A stretch of DNA of 62,759 nt, filler included, from Basidiobolus ranarum (Eukaryota): assembly GCA_040143965.1 (NCBI GenBank). It is 44 parts of 44 records of this genome, joined end to end, with 100 filler letters (N's around TTAATTAATTAA, not from the genome) between each part and the next. Parts side by side here need not be neighbours in the genome. Positions count along the whole stretch, not along the records: positions 51,465 to 52,789 come from JASJQH010012415.1; positions 52,890 to 54,214 come from JASJQH010012416.1; positions 54,315 to 55,639 come from JASJQH010012417.1; positions 55,740 to 57,064 come from JASJQH010012418.1; positions 57,165 to 58,488 come from JASJQH010012419.1; positions 58,589 to 59,912 come from JASJQH010012420.1; positions 60,013 to 61,336 come from JASJQH010012421.1; positions 61,437 to 62,759 come from JASJQH010012422.1; 36 more parts are not named here. The stretch is one strand, 5' to 3'. This document shows positions 51,465 through 62,759 of the stretch, piece by piece. The position numbers and the translations under genes were made by a program. Positions within the stretch are counted from its first letter, which is position 1. Each line of letters opens with the position of its first letter. A model generated the notes under the pieces. It was not told where the DNA came from, did not search any database, and saw nothing but the letters and a program-made list of their open reading frames with translations.

Positions 51465-51988
51465 CCAGTATTGTCACAATATCTGAAAAGATTGATATCT
51501 TGATTTTCACTTTGTTTAGATTAGTATTTAAGCTAAATAAAGTCCATACCATCTGGTGCTTTTCATCCCCCCTAACCCTTTCATATTGTTGCAAAACTCT
51601 CCCCATTGAACTTATTACACCTGCCAGAATTGATGACCTCCATCATCCCGGACTTGGCCTCAAAGCTACTCAATTGATTACTCAAACATTGGTGAATAAA
51701 TACAACGCTCGTCCACATTGAGACAAGAATGGACCATATTATTTCTCACGCAAAGTTCGTTTTGCTACACATTTTGAACTTGATGAATTAGTTCACTCCT
51801 ACGATCCGCATGGTGTTTTCAGAAACGACTTGACCGATCATATTTTCAAAAACATTTCATCTAAACTGAACTCGGCTGTTGAGCACTGTACTTTAGAGGA
51901 TTTTTGTCTTTGTTCCAGTAATAACAATTGTGCTACTGGCCAAGTATACGTTAAAGAAGATAACCACAGATACTGTACTTTTTCTTAG
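51465..51988 (+). pseudogene. C-terminus of an FAD-linked aldonolactone (L-gulonolactone/arabinonolactone) oxidase-like gene
   Basis: ARPH*DKN (RPHWGK motif), YDPHGVFRN, Cys-rich tail CTLEDFCLCSSNNNCA. Confidence 0.7.
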
Positions 51989-52311
51989 TCAATTACAAAA
52001 ATGCTGATGGAAACCCCCAACTCATTGTACTTTGACTCTAATATATATATATACTGTGTTGTTTTTGACCCTGCTGCACTCAAAGATAAGCATGTCGTTG
52101 CGGTATTTTTCCAGTTTATGTTTCTACAAGCATAAAGCTAACGTGTCGCTCGAGACATTTGGCGATCAACTGAAATTATTAGCAGCAATCTCGATTCCGC
52201 GTTACTAAATGACCATAAACCAAAAAATAGATCTATATCTCAAATGGCATCTTTATTTAAAGTACTAAGGAAAACACTGGTGTGTAAAATTCTTCCTCAT
52301 CAATAGAATGT

Positions 52312-52724
52312 TTAAATAAAAACACCCAATGGTACAAAGGACTCCTTGGAAAATGCGGTAGCACTCAAATTTTCATTTTGTAAAAATTTGGATGGGAAAG
52401 CAACCAAATGGCCCCGAACTTTGCTAAGAATTTCTTTGATTTCCTCATTTGATTTGGTCTTTAGAGCACTATGACCGGTCATCACTAAGTTGGAGTTGGG
52501 TACGAATCCAGTGTACTCCGTCCAATTAGTTACTGTGTCATCCGGCACACACCGGAATACAACTCTATAGATCTCAGTGTTTGTAGTAGCAGTTTTACTC
52601 CATACATCGTTGAAAAATCTGTCTGATAGTGGATCCATAACTGGGTTTTCTTGAGGTTGTGGAGGTTGTGCAGGTTGTTGGGTTTCATTGCCGCCACGAT
52701 GGAAGTGTCGATGGATTCGATCAC
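52312..52724 (-). CDS. Last exon of phospholipase D1 (Spo14-like)
   Basis: DPLSDRFF..VW...A..NTEIYR.VFRCVPDD, VRGHLV.FP..FL. Confidence 0.9.
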
Positions 52725-53019
52725 CTATTGCGTGGGCACTAAATAAATTATGTGAACTATCGCTACCTTGATAATTATACTGGTTATCANNNNNNNNNNN
52801 NNNNNNNNNNNNNNNNNNNNNNNNNNNNNNNNNTTAATTAATTAANNNNNNNNNNNNNNNNNNNNNNNNNNNNNNNNNNNNNNNNNNNNGAAAGTTACTC
52901 CATCTCCATTTGTAGTAGAGGGCCAGAGACATATACAAGACATTGCCAATTTACCCAAGCTAAGAGTGTAGTAATACTATATATATACCCTGACTATTTT
53001 TTACCGATTTTTCGATATG

Positions 53020-53461
53020 TGGACCTCCTGGTGGAATAGTCACTTGGTCCTAAGCTCATGGTGGCTAATCTTCCTACCATTCCTAAGATGGATATTGAGT
53101 AAAGTGATGGTTACAAGTTACTTGAGAAGAGAGACCAATCAATACAGTAGGGGCTACTAATGACGGCGGTCATTCTGATCCAAAGCCCACTTCTACATCG
53201 ATGCCTTATTCAACAACTACCGCAAAACCAACTTCAATAACCACTGACAAACCCCCTTCAACAACTGCTACTTTAACTAAACCAACTGTTACCAATCCAG
53301 GTACTGGTGCCTGTGCAGGCATTACAAATTGGGAAGCTAACAAGGCATATAATGGTTCTCAAACGGATGCTTTTGATGGACATCTCTGGCAAGCCAAGTG
53401 GTGGACACCAAATGAATCTCCTAGTAAACAAGGAGTATGGACAGATTTGAGATCTTGTTAG
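53020..53461 (+). pseudogene. Chitin-active protein 3' part: disrupted upstream domain (possibly AA11 LPMO-like), P/T linker, CBM5/12 chitin-binding module
   Basis: WEANKAYNG...FDGHLWQAKWWT...PS..GVW; upstream GPKLMVANLP with frameshift and stops. Confidence 0.7.
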
Positions 53462-53940
53462 AAACAGTCGTATGTGTCGTTTGAGCTCCTTGATACTCTA
53501 CCCTAGTGTAGTTCTCAATAAACAATCCATTTATCTCATTGATTGGCTATGAAATTCACTCTTTACCATTCTAACTCTAGGTAAGCTGATGTATTCGATA
53601 TCCATTATTTCTATAGATTTTTTCTATATTTATGTTTATACGCATTGAAGGAATTGCGTAGTTAAATATATATAGTATATATCCCATTAACAAAGTGGTT
53701 GAGTTGTACTAATATTTATTGATTAGAGAATCCGCTATACTATCACGATATTTGAAATACTGTTGTAACTTTTATAGATACATACCGCTTCAATAACTAA
53801 TATCTTATGGATTATTATAATCTGAAGCTGCTCAAGAAACACACATTAAATACGCTTGTATATTTATTGAACTTATTCATCTAAATCTCACAGTATACAT
53901 ATATTGGCCATAAATATAATTATTAACATTTACTACTTTT

Positions 53941-54213
53941 CTATTTATCACAGTCCTGATCTCCACTACTTTTACCCCCTTTTCCAGCATCATAAGGACC
54001 AGCTCCATTATCACCATTACTATTACCGTTATCACCGCCATTTCCATTTCCGTTGCCGTTTCCACCCTTTCCAGCATCATAAGCACCAGCTCCATTACCG
54101 CCATTACCATTTCCACCCTTTCCAGCATCATAAGCACCAGCTCCATTACCACCGTTACCGTTGTCATTATCACCACCGTTTCCAGCACCGCCATTACCAT
54201 CTCCGTTACCATT
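53941..54213 (-). CDS. C-terminus of a Gly/Asn-rich repetitive protein with GAG(A/P)YDAGKGG x3
   Basis: Frame absent from the ORF track: NGNGDGNGGAGNGG...GAGAYDAGKGG...SSGDQDCDK*. Confidence 0.75.
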   Translation of the reverse strand, partial: NGNGDGNGGAGNGGDNDNGNGGNGAGAYDAGKGGNGNGGNGAGAYDAGKGGNGNGNGNGGDNGNSNGDNGAGPYDAGKGGKSSGDQDCDK

Positions 54214-54314
54214 TNNNNNNNNNNNNNNNNNNNNNNNNNNNNNNNNNNNNNNNNNNNNTTAATTAATTAANNNNNNNNNNNNNNNNNNNNNNNNNNNNNN
54301 NNNNNNNNNNNNNN

Positions 54315-55639
54315 ATTAGCACATTCTGCAACTCCATTTTGCTGTGGAGTATAAGGTACTGTAGTTTGTTGCTTAGTTCCATGTATATAGCAAAAAGTAG
54401 CACAGCCTTTAGAGCAGTATTCTCCACCATTATCACTCCTTAGTACCCTTATTTTTTGTGCTGATTCTTTCTCCACCATTGCTTTGAATTGCTTGAACAC
54501 AGCTAAGGCTTCAGAGTTTGAATTGAACAAGAATACCAAATTATATCTTGTTTCTTCATTAATAAAGGTAACAAAGTACCTTTTCCCACCTAGTGAGATG
54601 TTTTTCACAGGCCCACATAGGTCAGAATGAATCAGGGCAAAATTCTGAGTGGATTTGATATCTCCAGAGCTTGAAAAGGTTGTCTGTGTTTTCCATACAT
54701 GCAACCTTCACACAGATCCAATTTAGTAATATTTCTAATTTCCAAGCTTATTTTGGATTATTTTGATTGGTTTTTGTTCCCGAATGTGGCCTAATCTTCT
54801 ATGCAACGTTTGACAGCTTATTGCACCAGTTTAGGCCAAGTTTGCATGCTCAGAATACAGTTTGTTGATTTCTTGCTTGTATAAGTCTTGAGTTTTGATC
54901 TCAGTAGCTAATTTAGTATTATTCTGATCTGTGATAATGTATTCAGCCTGACTGAACATGAAATTTAGTCCTTGAGTTGTTGATTGACCTACTGAGAGTA
55001 GATTGTTGGCTACATTTGGTGTGTAGAGTACGTCATCTAATTTTGCAGATGGTGTAGCTGAAAATTGGTCCCAATGGAGTATAACTCTGCCTTTACCAAC
55101 TGCATCTAGTGCATAGTCATCACCTCAGTAGACTTTCCTTGTTTGGATTGCTTTTAAACTGGAAAACCAATTTTTCCTGTTTGACATATTCTGAGAAGCT
55201 CCTGAATCAATGTGCCTCATTTCTGATTTTTCTTTAGTGGTTACTGATAGGGCAGACACAAATAGATGAGCCCTATCAGTGCTTACTTGAATTGCTTGTT
55301 CTGATTTTAGCTTTTTGGCAAAAATACTTTTTCTGCAATCTTTGATTAAATGGCCTGGTTTCTTGCAATACTTGCAAAAGATTAATTTCCTATTGGAGGC
55401 ACCATTATTGAAGCCTGTTGGATGTTATACAGCTCCAAAAAATGCCTGTTCTGCATTAATTTGCTGGGAATTAGATCTCCTATTTCTTCATTCAAAAGCC
55501 TAGCCCCAATATATTCCGTTGTTAATGGCTCTGATCTTGATTCTAGGGCAATTATGAGGTTTTCAAACTTGTCTGGCAGGCTCCCAAGTAGTGTCATAAC
55601 TAAGTCAACTTCATTTGCAGGTGCTCCAATGGATGAGAG
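54315..55639 (-). pseudogene. Copia gag-protease-integrase fragment
   Basis: LLGSLPDKFE, CKYCKKPGH, IDSGAS, IHSDLCGP, LRSDNGGEY, TPQQNGVAE. Confidence 0.95.
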
Positions 55640-55920
55640 NNNNNNNNNNNNNNNNNNNNNNNNNNNNNNNNNNNNNNNNNNNNTTAATTAATTAANNNNN
55701 NNNNNNNNNNNNNNNNNNNNNNNNNNNNNNNNNNNNNNNGCCCCAAAGATAGCTCATTTTACTCCCACAGATGTTCTGAACACAACCCCAGTGTTAGTTT
55801 TCTGTATTTCCACCAAAAAGTATAAATGCTTTATTTCTGGACAATAAACATTTATCTCACAAAGCTATTCACAACTCCACTTTTCTAAAGTTCCTCCAAA
55901 CAGCCCATATTTTCCCAATA

Positions 55921-57064
55921 GCCTTTAACTTTGGGGCTAATTCAACACTTTGGAAAGCACCAGTTGAGGTTGGAGAGCTGTGAGTTTTATTTGCTAGTGT
56001 TTTGGCTTGTTGAGAGGTGCCAGGTTATGGATAAAGTTCCAAATTTAGCTTACGTTCAGCTGGTGTACCTGGATCCTTGGTGAAATTAGGCTTTTTTGCC
56101 AATAAATCTGACTCTGGAAATGCAGCTCTTTGTAATGGTGGGAAGAAGTTAGTAAGTGGGACAGTAGAGGCTAAACTCACTGGCTCCTTTACTTTTCCCT
56201 TGGGTTTACCAACTTCCTGCTCCTTGAGTACTTCTTTACCTGCTTTTCTTTCTTTTCCAAGTCTATAATTGTGTATATTTTTGATATGTTTCACGAATAG
56301 GCCTATACTAGCCCAATTGCCATTTGTTTGTAAAAACCCAGGATAAGTGACATTAATTTAGTCAAGAACCTTCAGAGTAATGCCTGGTTCTTGGTTTTTC
56401 CACAATTGGCACTAATCCAGGTGATTTTGGGCGAGAATCCGCACAGTTTCCAAAATGTTAAACCACTAATCATCAGAGCAAGTGATGGCAGCTCTGACAT
56501 TCAAAGTGTTTTGGTTTGCCAGTTTTCCTATGAGATTTCTACTTTCATGTGCCTAAGCAATTTCAGGTCGTTGTATTAGCTTAATGGTTCAACATATATT
56601 CTGCTCTGCTAGATTGTCATGGTGGTATTCATATGTATGGTATGGGATTGATGGAAATCCTGCTGGAGAATGGACAGGGGGAGCAGCATGTTGCTGTAGA
56701 TCAAGTACAGCATTCTGAGGGTCTTGTTTCATTGTTGAGTGACTCTCTAACTGTTGACTAGTTGCGTCCAAACACTGCATTAATTGCAATATTGTGGCAT
56801 AAATACTTGTCATGGCCTGTATCACAACTCTGTTGTTTTTACTTATGATTGAATCCAAATCATTTCAGTGTTCTACCTGCAATTCCCTTGTTAAAATAAT
56901 TCCATCCAAATATTCTGCAAAAGGGTGTTCAATAGTGGGCAAAGTAGCCATTTTGAAAATTGATGATCTTGAAGGTGTATTGGTTGAACTTTGCTTAACT
57001 ATTGATTTACTACCTAATTGAGGGAGCACAATCTCTTTACTTGCACTATTGCTAGAAAGGAACA
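55921..57064 (-). pseudogene. CMC ORF2 decayed copy, adjacent to an LTR B end at 55740-55920
   Basis: Homologous to 22911-23920. Confidence 0.82.
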
Positions 57065-58349
57065 NNNNNNNNNNNNNNNNNNNNNNNNNNNNNNNNNNNN
57101 NNNNNNNNTTAATTAATTAANNNNNNNNNNNNNNNNNNNNNNNNNNNNNNNNNNNNNNNNNNNNTGTCCATTGTTTGGTGCGTGGAGGCCTTAGCTAGTA
57201 GAGTCCAACATGATGAAAAGATTTACTTAACAACAAAAAAGCTGGTAGTCTCGGTATGCCATTGGGAAGAGGATGACTGGTGGCATTTGTAGTTCTATGG
57301 AATTTTACAGAGTTATCTCTGACATCATTGGAAGCTGGTTGAATTCTTTGGATATGATGACAATGAACCAAGCAAGATGGAGTGGATGTCTTGAGTAGCA
57401 TATGAGATATTCAGTGGGTAAAGAAGCATCACTATTGCCATCAAAAAGGAGCCACAGGCTGTATCTGCTAGATGCTTTCTAACATTCGCAATTATCAAAC
57501 CAAGGCTTCCATTAGCATCAAATATATCCATGTTCAAACAGTGTATATTAATTTCGGTAATGTTTGATTTTTTGATCTCCATATACACGATACGAAATTG
57601 GCATCAGTGATATCAATGTCTATTAATAGCATTAGTGATATCATTCGATCAAGGGATTAAGAAATTGAGTTCGGAAGAACGTTCACAGCATCTAGATCTA
57701 GGGTATCACATGGAACTATTAATCCAAATCTAAGTAAAATATCCATCAGGAGTGACTAAATATAATACTCAAGTTAAAGTTATGCAATATAAGTTATTGT
57801 GATTTGAATGTTGATTATCTCCACGCTTATCCTCTATACATCCTGATTTAAATATTGGCTATCTTTATGCTTGGTATGGTCGGTATATAAGTGGAAGTTG
57901 ATGACACCATCTCATTCATTAGCAACAAACTCATCAACAAACAAGCAGAGCACAGTGTATTATAGCAATGTACCTTGATACAAATGAAATATCCAGATTT
58001 AAGGTACTTGAATGGATTAGGGTTTGGCCATAGAGTGGGATGAATTTTGCAGGTGCGCCATTCAAAGTTCAAGGAAAATCTCATGCCTACTTTCCGGAAA
58101 TACTGATCACCTTCCTCTCCCGGGGAAATTTTAATTCTTCCTTCAACCCAGTGATCTGATTAGTCGAACGTTAAAGTTAGTTTGCTTTGGAAGGGTTCCG
58201 ATTTTGCGTATGATGCCGGAAATTCTTGAAGCGCTCAATGAATTTCGGGAATTCGCCCACCATCGATGTTTTTCCGGTTGGATGTGACTTCAGTATATAT
58301 TGAGCTCATTTACCATCACTCAATAATATATCTAATATTTTGTATTATC

Positions 58350-58488
58350 ATGACTACTAATGAGCGAAAAGAATCCTCTAAAGACGGGGAGTCCACTTTG
58401 AATGAAAAGATTCCCTTGGATACCAAGACCGATGTGAAGGAAACCAAAGTTTCCATGAGAGAGTTATTCAACTTCGCCACATCTTTCG
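58350..58488 (+). CDS. N-terminus of an ABCB/MDR-type ABC transporter
   Basis: MTTNERKES...KVSMRELFNFATSF resembles the ABCB VS...LFRFAT..D elbow motif. Confidence 0.65.
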
Positions 58489-58659
58489 NNNNNNNNNNNN
58501 NNNNNNNNNNNNNNNNNNNNNNNNNNNNNNNNTTAATTAATTAANNNNNNNNNNNNNNNNNNNNNNNNNNNNNNNNNNNNNNNNNNNNCCATAATCCAAT
58601 ATGCTAAACTTATTGGTGATAGTAGATCAGCAATATTAACCGGTACTACTTTGACACCA

Positions 58660-59912
58660 TTGGGATACCTTGTGTATGAAGAACTCTATAAAAATATTAA
58701 GGAGAATACATCACAGAGACTAGGGATTTCAAAGGTGACAAATTAGCTTTCAAGTGGTAATTGTGTAAAATTTGAGTTACATTTTTTGCATATGTGTTGA
58801 TCCATAGTTCTCTGAGACTGTAGCAATTCATGCACAACTACTTTGCCAGATCTTGGAATTTCACTCCTGAAACTGAAAAAATTGATTAAAATCAAATCTA
58901 ACTTGACAATTCTATGATGGTAAGTAAATGGGCAATCGCATATGGATTAGATTGTGAAGGTTTTCCTATAATAACAATCCTCAAATTTCTGTTAGGGGAT
59001 TATTTGGTGAATTGATATCAGTGATCATGTTGAAATCTGACTTGGCTCTTGATGGTAAAATCATGGAGTTTAGTGTTGTATTTGGATAGTAGTAATGTGT
59101 ATGCTTGATAGAGTAAACTCCATTGATTTGACAGATTTTACAGCAAGATAGTGCATTGAGCCCATGAAAACCTCCAAGTTTACTGATGGCAGGAGTGTCA
59201 CTATTACATACAATGATATTAGCTTCAATAAAATAGTCACCAATCTGAACCTCATTAGATAACCATTCAAATTCTGCAATCAAAGGTTACAAGAAGCTAT
59301 ATATAAGAACTGGTGATTTAGGTCCAGATATTATCGATAGTATCATAATATTATGACTCTTTTACCACTCAGAACGAGGAAGATTTAAGTTGATTAAAAT
59401 TATTAGCCAGCAAGCCTTTCCAACAGTATATTTGTTTAGTGAGAAACCATCCAGAGCCAATGCAAATGCACAATCATATGTGTTCTCAAAGAAACCTGGA
59501 CTTTTCAGATTCTGGTAGTGATATCCATCAAGTATATTGATAAAACCATCCGCTTTATGGTGAATACTTTGGTATTGGATCAATGATCTATATTTGGGTG
59601 ATTTTATCAAAACTTTAAGAGGGGCAATCAATGGTATGTAAGCCAAATATCAACAATATTTACCTGATTTGGTGATTGCCAATTTTGTGCAAACAGTACA
59701 TGACTTTAGGTTTTTCAGATCACTGGTGAAAGCCAAACAACTATTTGGACATGAAGGTAGTTTAACTACTGAAGGATTATAAGTCATACAATTGAGAAGT
59801 GTTTTCCCACTTGTACCAGGTCTGTGGTGGGCAATAGTTGCAAATCTACTGTGGTAAAAGTGTAAGAAAACCAATAATCACCTGGTTGCTAAGATTGGAT
59901 TGAACTCTCCTC
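58660..59912 (-). mobile_element. CMC terminus B (to 58997) abutting a Tnp2-like transposase fragment
   Basis: SCPNSCLAF, AYIPL, ILDG, ALDGF, WLIILINLNLP, DTPAISKLGGFHG..A..CC..C. Confidence 0.9.
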
Positions 59913-60424
59913 NNNNNNNNNNNNNNNNNNNNNNNNNNNNNNNNNNNNNNNNNNNNTTAATTAATTAANNNNNNNNNNNNNNNNNNNNNNNNNNNNNNNN
60001 NNNNNNNNNNNNTTTCCTAACATGGAAATCTTCCACATTGAATGCCGTAATGTTGGTAATCTCCTTTTGGGAAGAAGACTCTAATTTACTTGCATCTACC
60101 ATGTTGGAGGATCTTGACATAATGGGGGTAGATTTTGGGTATTAGAAGCAACTGATGATAGTGTGTTTTAGTTACTATATTCTTATGAGTATATGGTGAC
60201 TTATAGAATAGAAGAATAAATCAATTGTTTGAGATATCCAGGAGTTTGTGTAATAAGATGTAATAGATAAGTAGGGTTAATAAGACATACTTGTTATATA
60301 GATGTAAAGATATTCCTACTTAGAATATAGGGGCTATAGATATGTTGCTTTCTGTTTCTGATATTTGTATTATAACTAAAGTCAACTATGATGTCAAATA
60401 AAGATTAATTATGCAACAATATAT

Positions 60425-61336
60425 AATCACAAAATCAAAACTGGCAAGAAATAATGGTCATCTTGCCTGATGGTGGTTGAGAACTTTGGTTGTACTAAAA
60501 TACTGAAGAACCCTATGATCACAATAAGCTGTTATTTTGTGATTTGCTCCATCCAAGTATTGTCACTGTTGTTTAAACACAGCAATAATTGCTAATAGTT
60601 CCTTGTCATGGATGTCATAGTTGATTTCTGCTGCAGAGAACTTTCTTGATTAAAAGGCAGCTGGGTGCAATAAGTTGTCATCATTATAATGTGATAGTAC
60701 TGCTCCTAGAGCAAAGTTGGATGCATCAGTTTCTACAATGTATGGCTTGTCTAGCTTGGGGTGTGCCAGGATTGGTGCTGAGATAAAAGCATTCTTTAAA
60801 GTTACAAATGCTTGTTGGCAGGATAGGTTCCAGTCAAAAGGGAGTTCTTTCTCTGTAAGGTTTGTTAATGGAGCAGAAATTTTGGAGTAGTTCCTGACAA
60901 ACCATTGTTAAAAGTTTGCAAATTCAAGGAAAGATTTGACAACCTTCACATTCTTGGGGATGTCCCAAGACAGAACAGATGGAACCTTCTTAGGGTCCAT
61001 GGAGATGCCTGATGGGCTGATGTCATATACAAGGAATTCTACTTGAGCTTGATCAAATTGAAATTTCTCAAGCTTAGCATAGAGACCAGAGGTTCTCAAC
61101 TTTCTAGGTCTTAGGAAACATGAATATTGTGTTCTTCTTGAGAGCTTCAGAAAATTAAGATATTGTCAAGGTAGATTACCACAAATTGGTCAAGATACTC
61201 TCTGAAGATCTTGTTCATCATGTGTTGAAAGACTGCAGGGGCATTGGTAAGTCGAAATGGCATGATATTGTATTCAAAGTGTCCATAGCAAGTTCAGAAT
61301 ACTTTTTCCATTGGTCTCCTGGTTTGATTCTTACAA
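60425..61336 (-). pseudogene. Ty3/gypsy RT-RNase H fragment
   Basis: [47 protein letters not shown]. Confidence 0.93.
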
Positions 61337-61436
61337 NNNNNNNNNNNNNNNNNNNNNNNNNNNNNNNNNNNNNNNNNNNNTTAATTAATTAANNNNNNNN
61401 NNNNNNNNNNNNNNNNNNNNNNNNNNNNNNNNNNNN

Positions 61437-62759
61437 AAAATCTTTGCACAGTCACTGTATCTGCCTGAAATCTGCCAATGTGAGTTAATGCCATAAGAAT
61501 ATATTAACAAACAACTCCCAATTTTGTCAATACTTATCAGGTAGAAATCTTTTCAAAATTCCACTTGAATATATACAAATCCAATACTTCCAATCTTTGT
61601 GTTTGAATAAACACCTAGATGAGTGAATATTGATGGGAGTCCTGGTAAATGTGATGGTATCTTGACGTTTTCAAGCATTTTCCCAATTGATCCAAACTTA
61701 GATCCTATCCCAAATGGCCCATTCATATTGAATTTTCCACTATATAGCTGAGTAAGTAGTATTAGAATGTTGTTGAATAGTAAGTGCATAGTGCCTAATG
61801 GGAAGCTCTGGCTCCAGCTGATCCCCTCTAGCAATGTATTCTTAGGCTTACAACTAATACCAAGTTTGATGTTAGACTGACTATTTGGTGAATTGATATC
61901 AGTGATCTTGTTGAAATCTGACCAGGCTCTTGATGGTAAAATCATGAAGTTCAGTGTTGTATTTGGATCGCAGTAGTGCATATGCCAGTTAGAGTAAACT
62001 CCATTGATTTTACAAAATCTACAGCAAGATAGTGCATTGTGCCTGCAAAAACCTCCAACTTTACTGATGGCAGGAATGTCACCAATACATACAATGATAT
62101 TAGCTTTAATAAATTATTCACCCAACTGAACCCCATTAGATAAGCATTGAAATTCCGCAATCAAAGGCTCCAAGAAGCTATCTATAAGCACTGGTGATTT
62201 AGGTCCAGATTTGATGGATTGTATCAAAATATTATGGCTCTGATACCATTCAGAAGGAGGAAGATTTAAGTGGATAAAAATTATTGGCCAGCAAGCCTTT
62301 CCACAGAGTATATTTGTTTAGTGAGAAACCATCCAGAGCAAATGCAAATGCTTGATCATATGTGTTCTCAAAGAAATCTTGACTTTTTGGATTCTGGTAG
62401 TGATATCCATCAAGTATATTGGTAAAACCAGCAGCTTTACGGTAAGTACCTAGGTATTGGATCAATGATATATATTTGGGTGATTTCATCAAAACTTTAA
62501 GATGGGGAATCTATGGTATGTAAGCCAAATATGAACAACATTTACTTGTTCAGTGATTGCCAATTGTGTGCAAACAGTACATGACTTCAGGTTTTTAAGA
62601 TCACCAGTGAAAGCCAAACAACCCTTTGGACATGAAGGCAGTTTAATTACTGAAGGATTATAAGACATACAATTGACAAGTGTTTTCCACTTGTACCAGG
62701 TCTGTGGCAAGCAACAGTTGCCAATCAACTGCGGTAAAAGTGTAAGAAAACCAATAAAC
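61437..62759 (-). pseudogene. CMC/EnSpm Tnp2-like transposase fragment
   Basis: SCPKGCLAF, ALDGFSL, GDIPAISKVGGF, LGTMHLLFNN. Confidence 0.9.

Noticed and set aside
53877-54266. His-rich (+) and Met/Val-rich (-) ORFs in the track
   Set aside because: Shadow frames of the Gly/Asn-rich coding repeat.
1-62759. Gene-neighbourhood or operon-style inference across the window
   Set aside because: Contigs are ordered by length, not by genomic position.

Overview
This window is not contiguous DNA. It is an artificial concatenation of 44 unplaced contigs, sorted by decreasing size (1334 to 1323 bp) and joined by 43 identical 100-nt linkers (N44-TTAATTAATTAA-N44), so adjacency means something only within a contig. 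The source is an AT-rich eukaryote, most likely an early-diverging fungus: GT-AG introns, Hsp70, Ipi3/WDR18-like, phospholipase D, an ABCB transporter, CBM19-like and CBM5/12 proteins, and tRNA-Arg(CCT). Most contigs are decayed, CpG-depleted transposons: several Ty1/copia families with a half-tRNA-iMet PBS, Ty3/gypsy fragments, an abundant two-gene CMC/EnSpm DNA transposon with CCCTAACA termini, and a 182-bp MITE. The main discovery is on two contigs (14440-15542 and 50191-51140). They carry tightly packed, intronless remnants of genes typical of nucleocytoplasmic large DNA viruses: a D5-like SF3 primase-helicase, a short TFIIS zinc-ribbon protein, uracil-DNA glycosylase and an orphan ORF. 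These genes are interrupted by host copia elements and damaged at inferred CpG sites, which points to an endogenized giant-virus-like element in a fungal genome.
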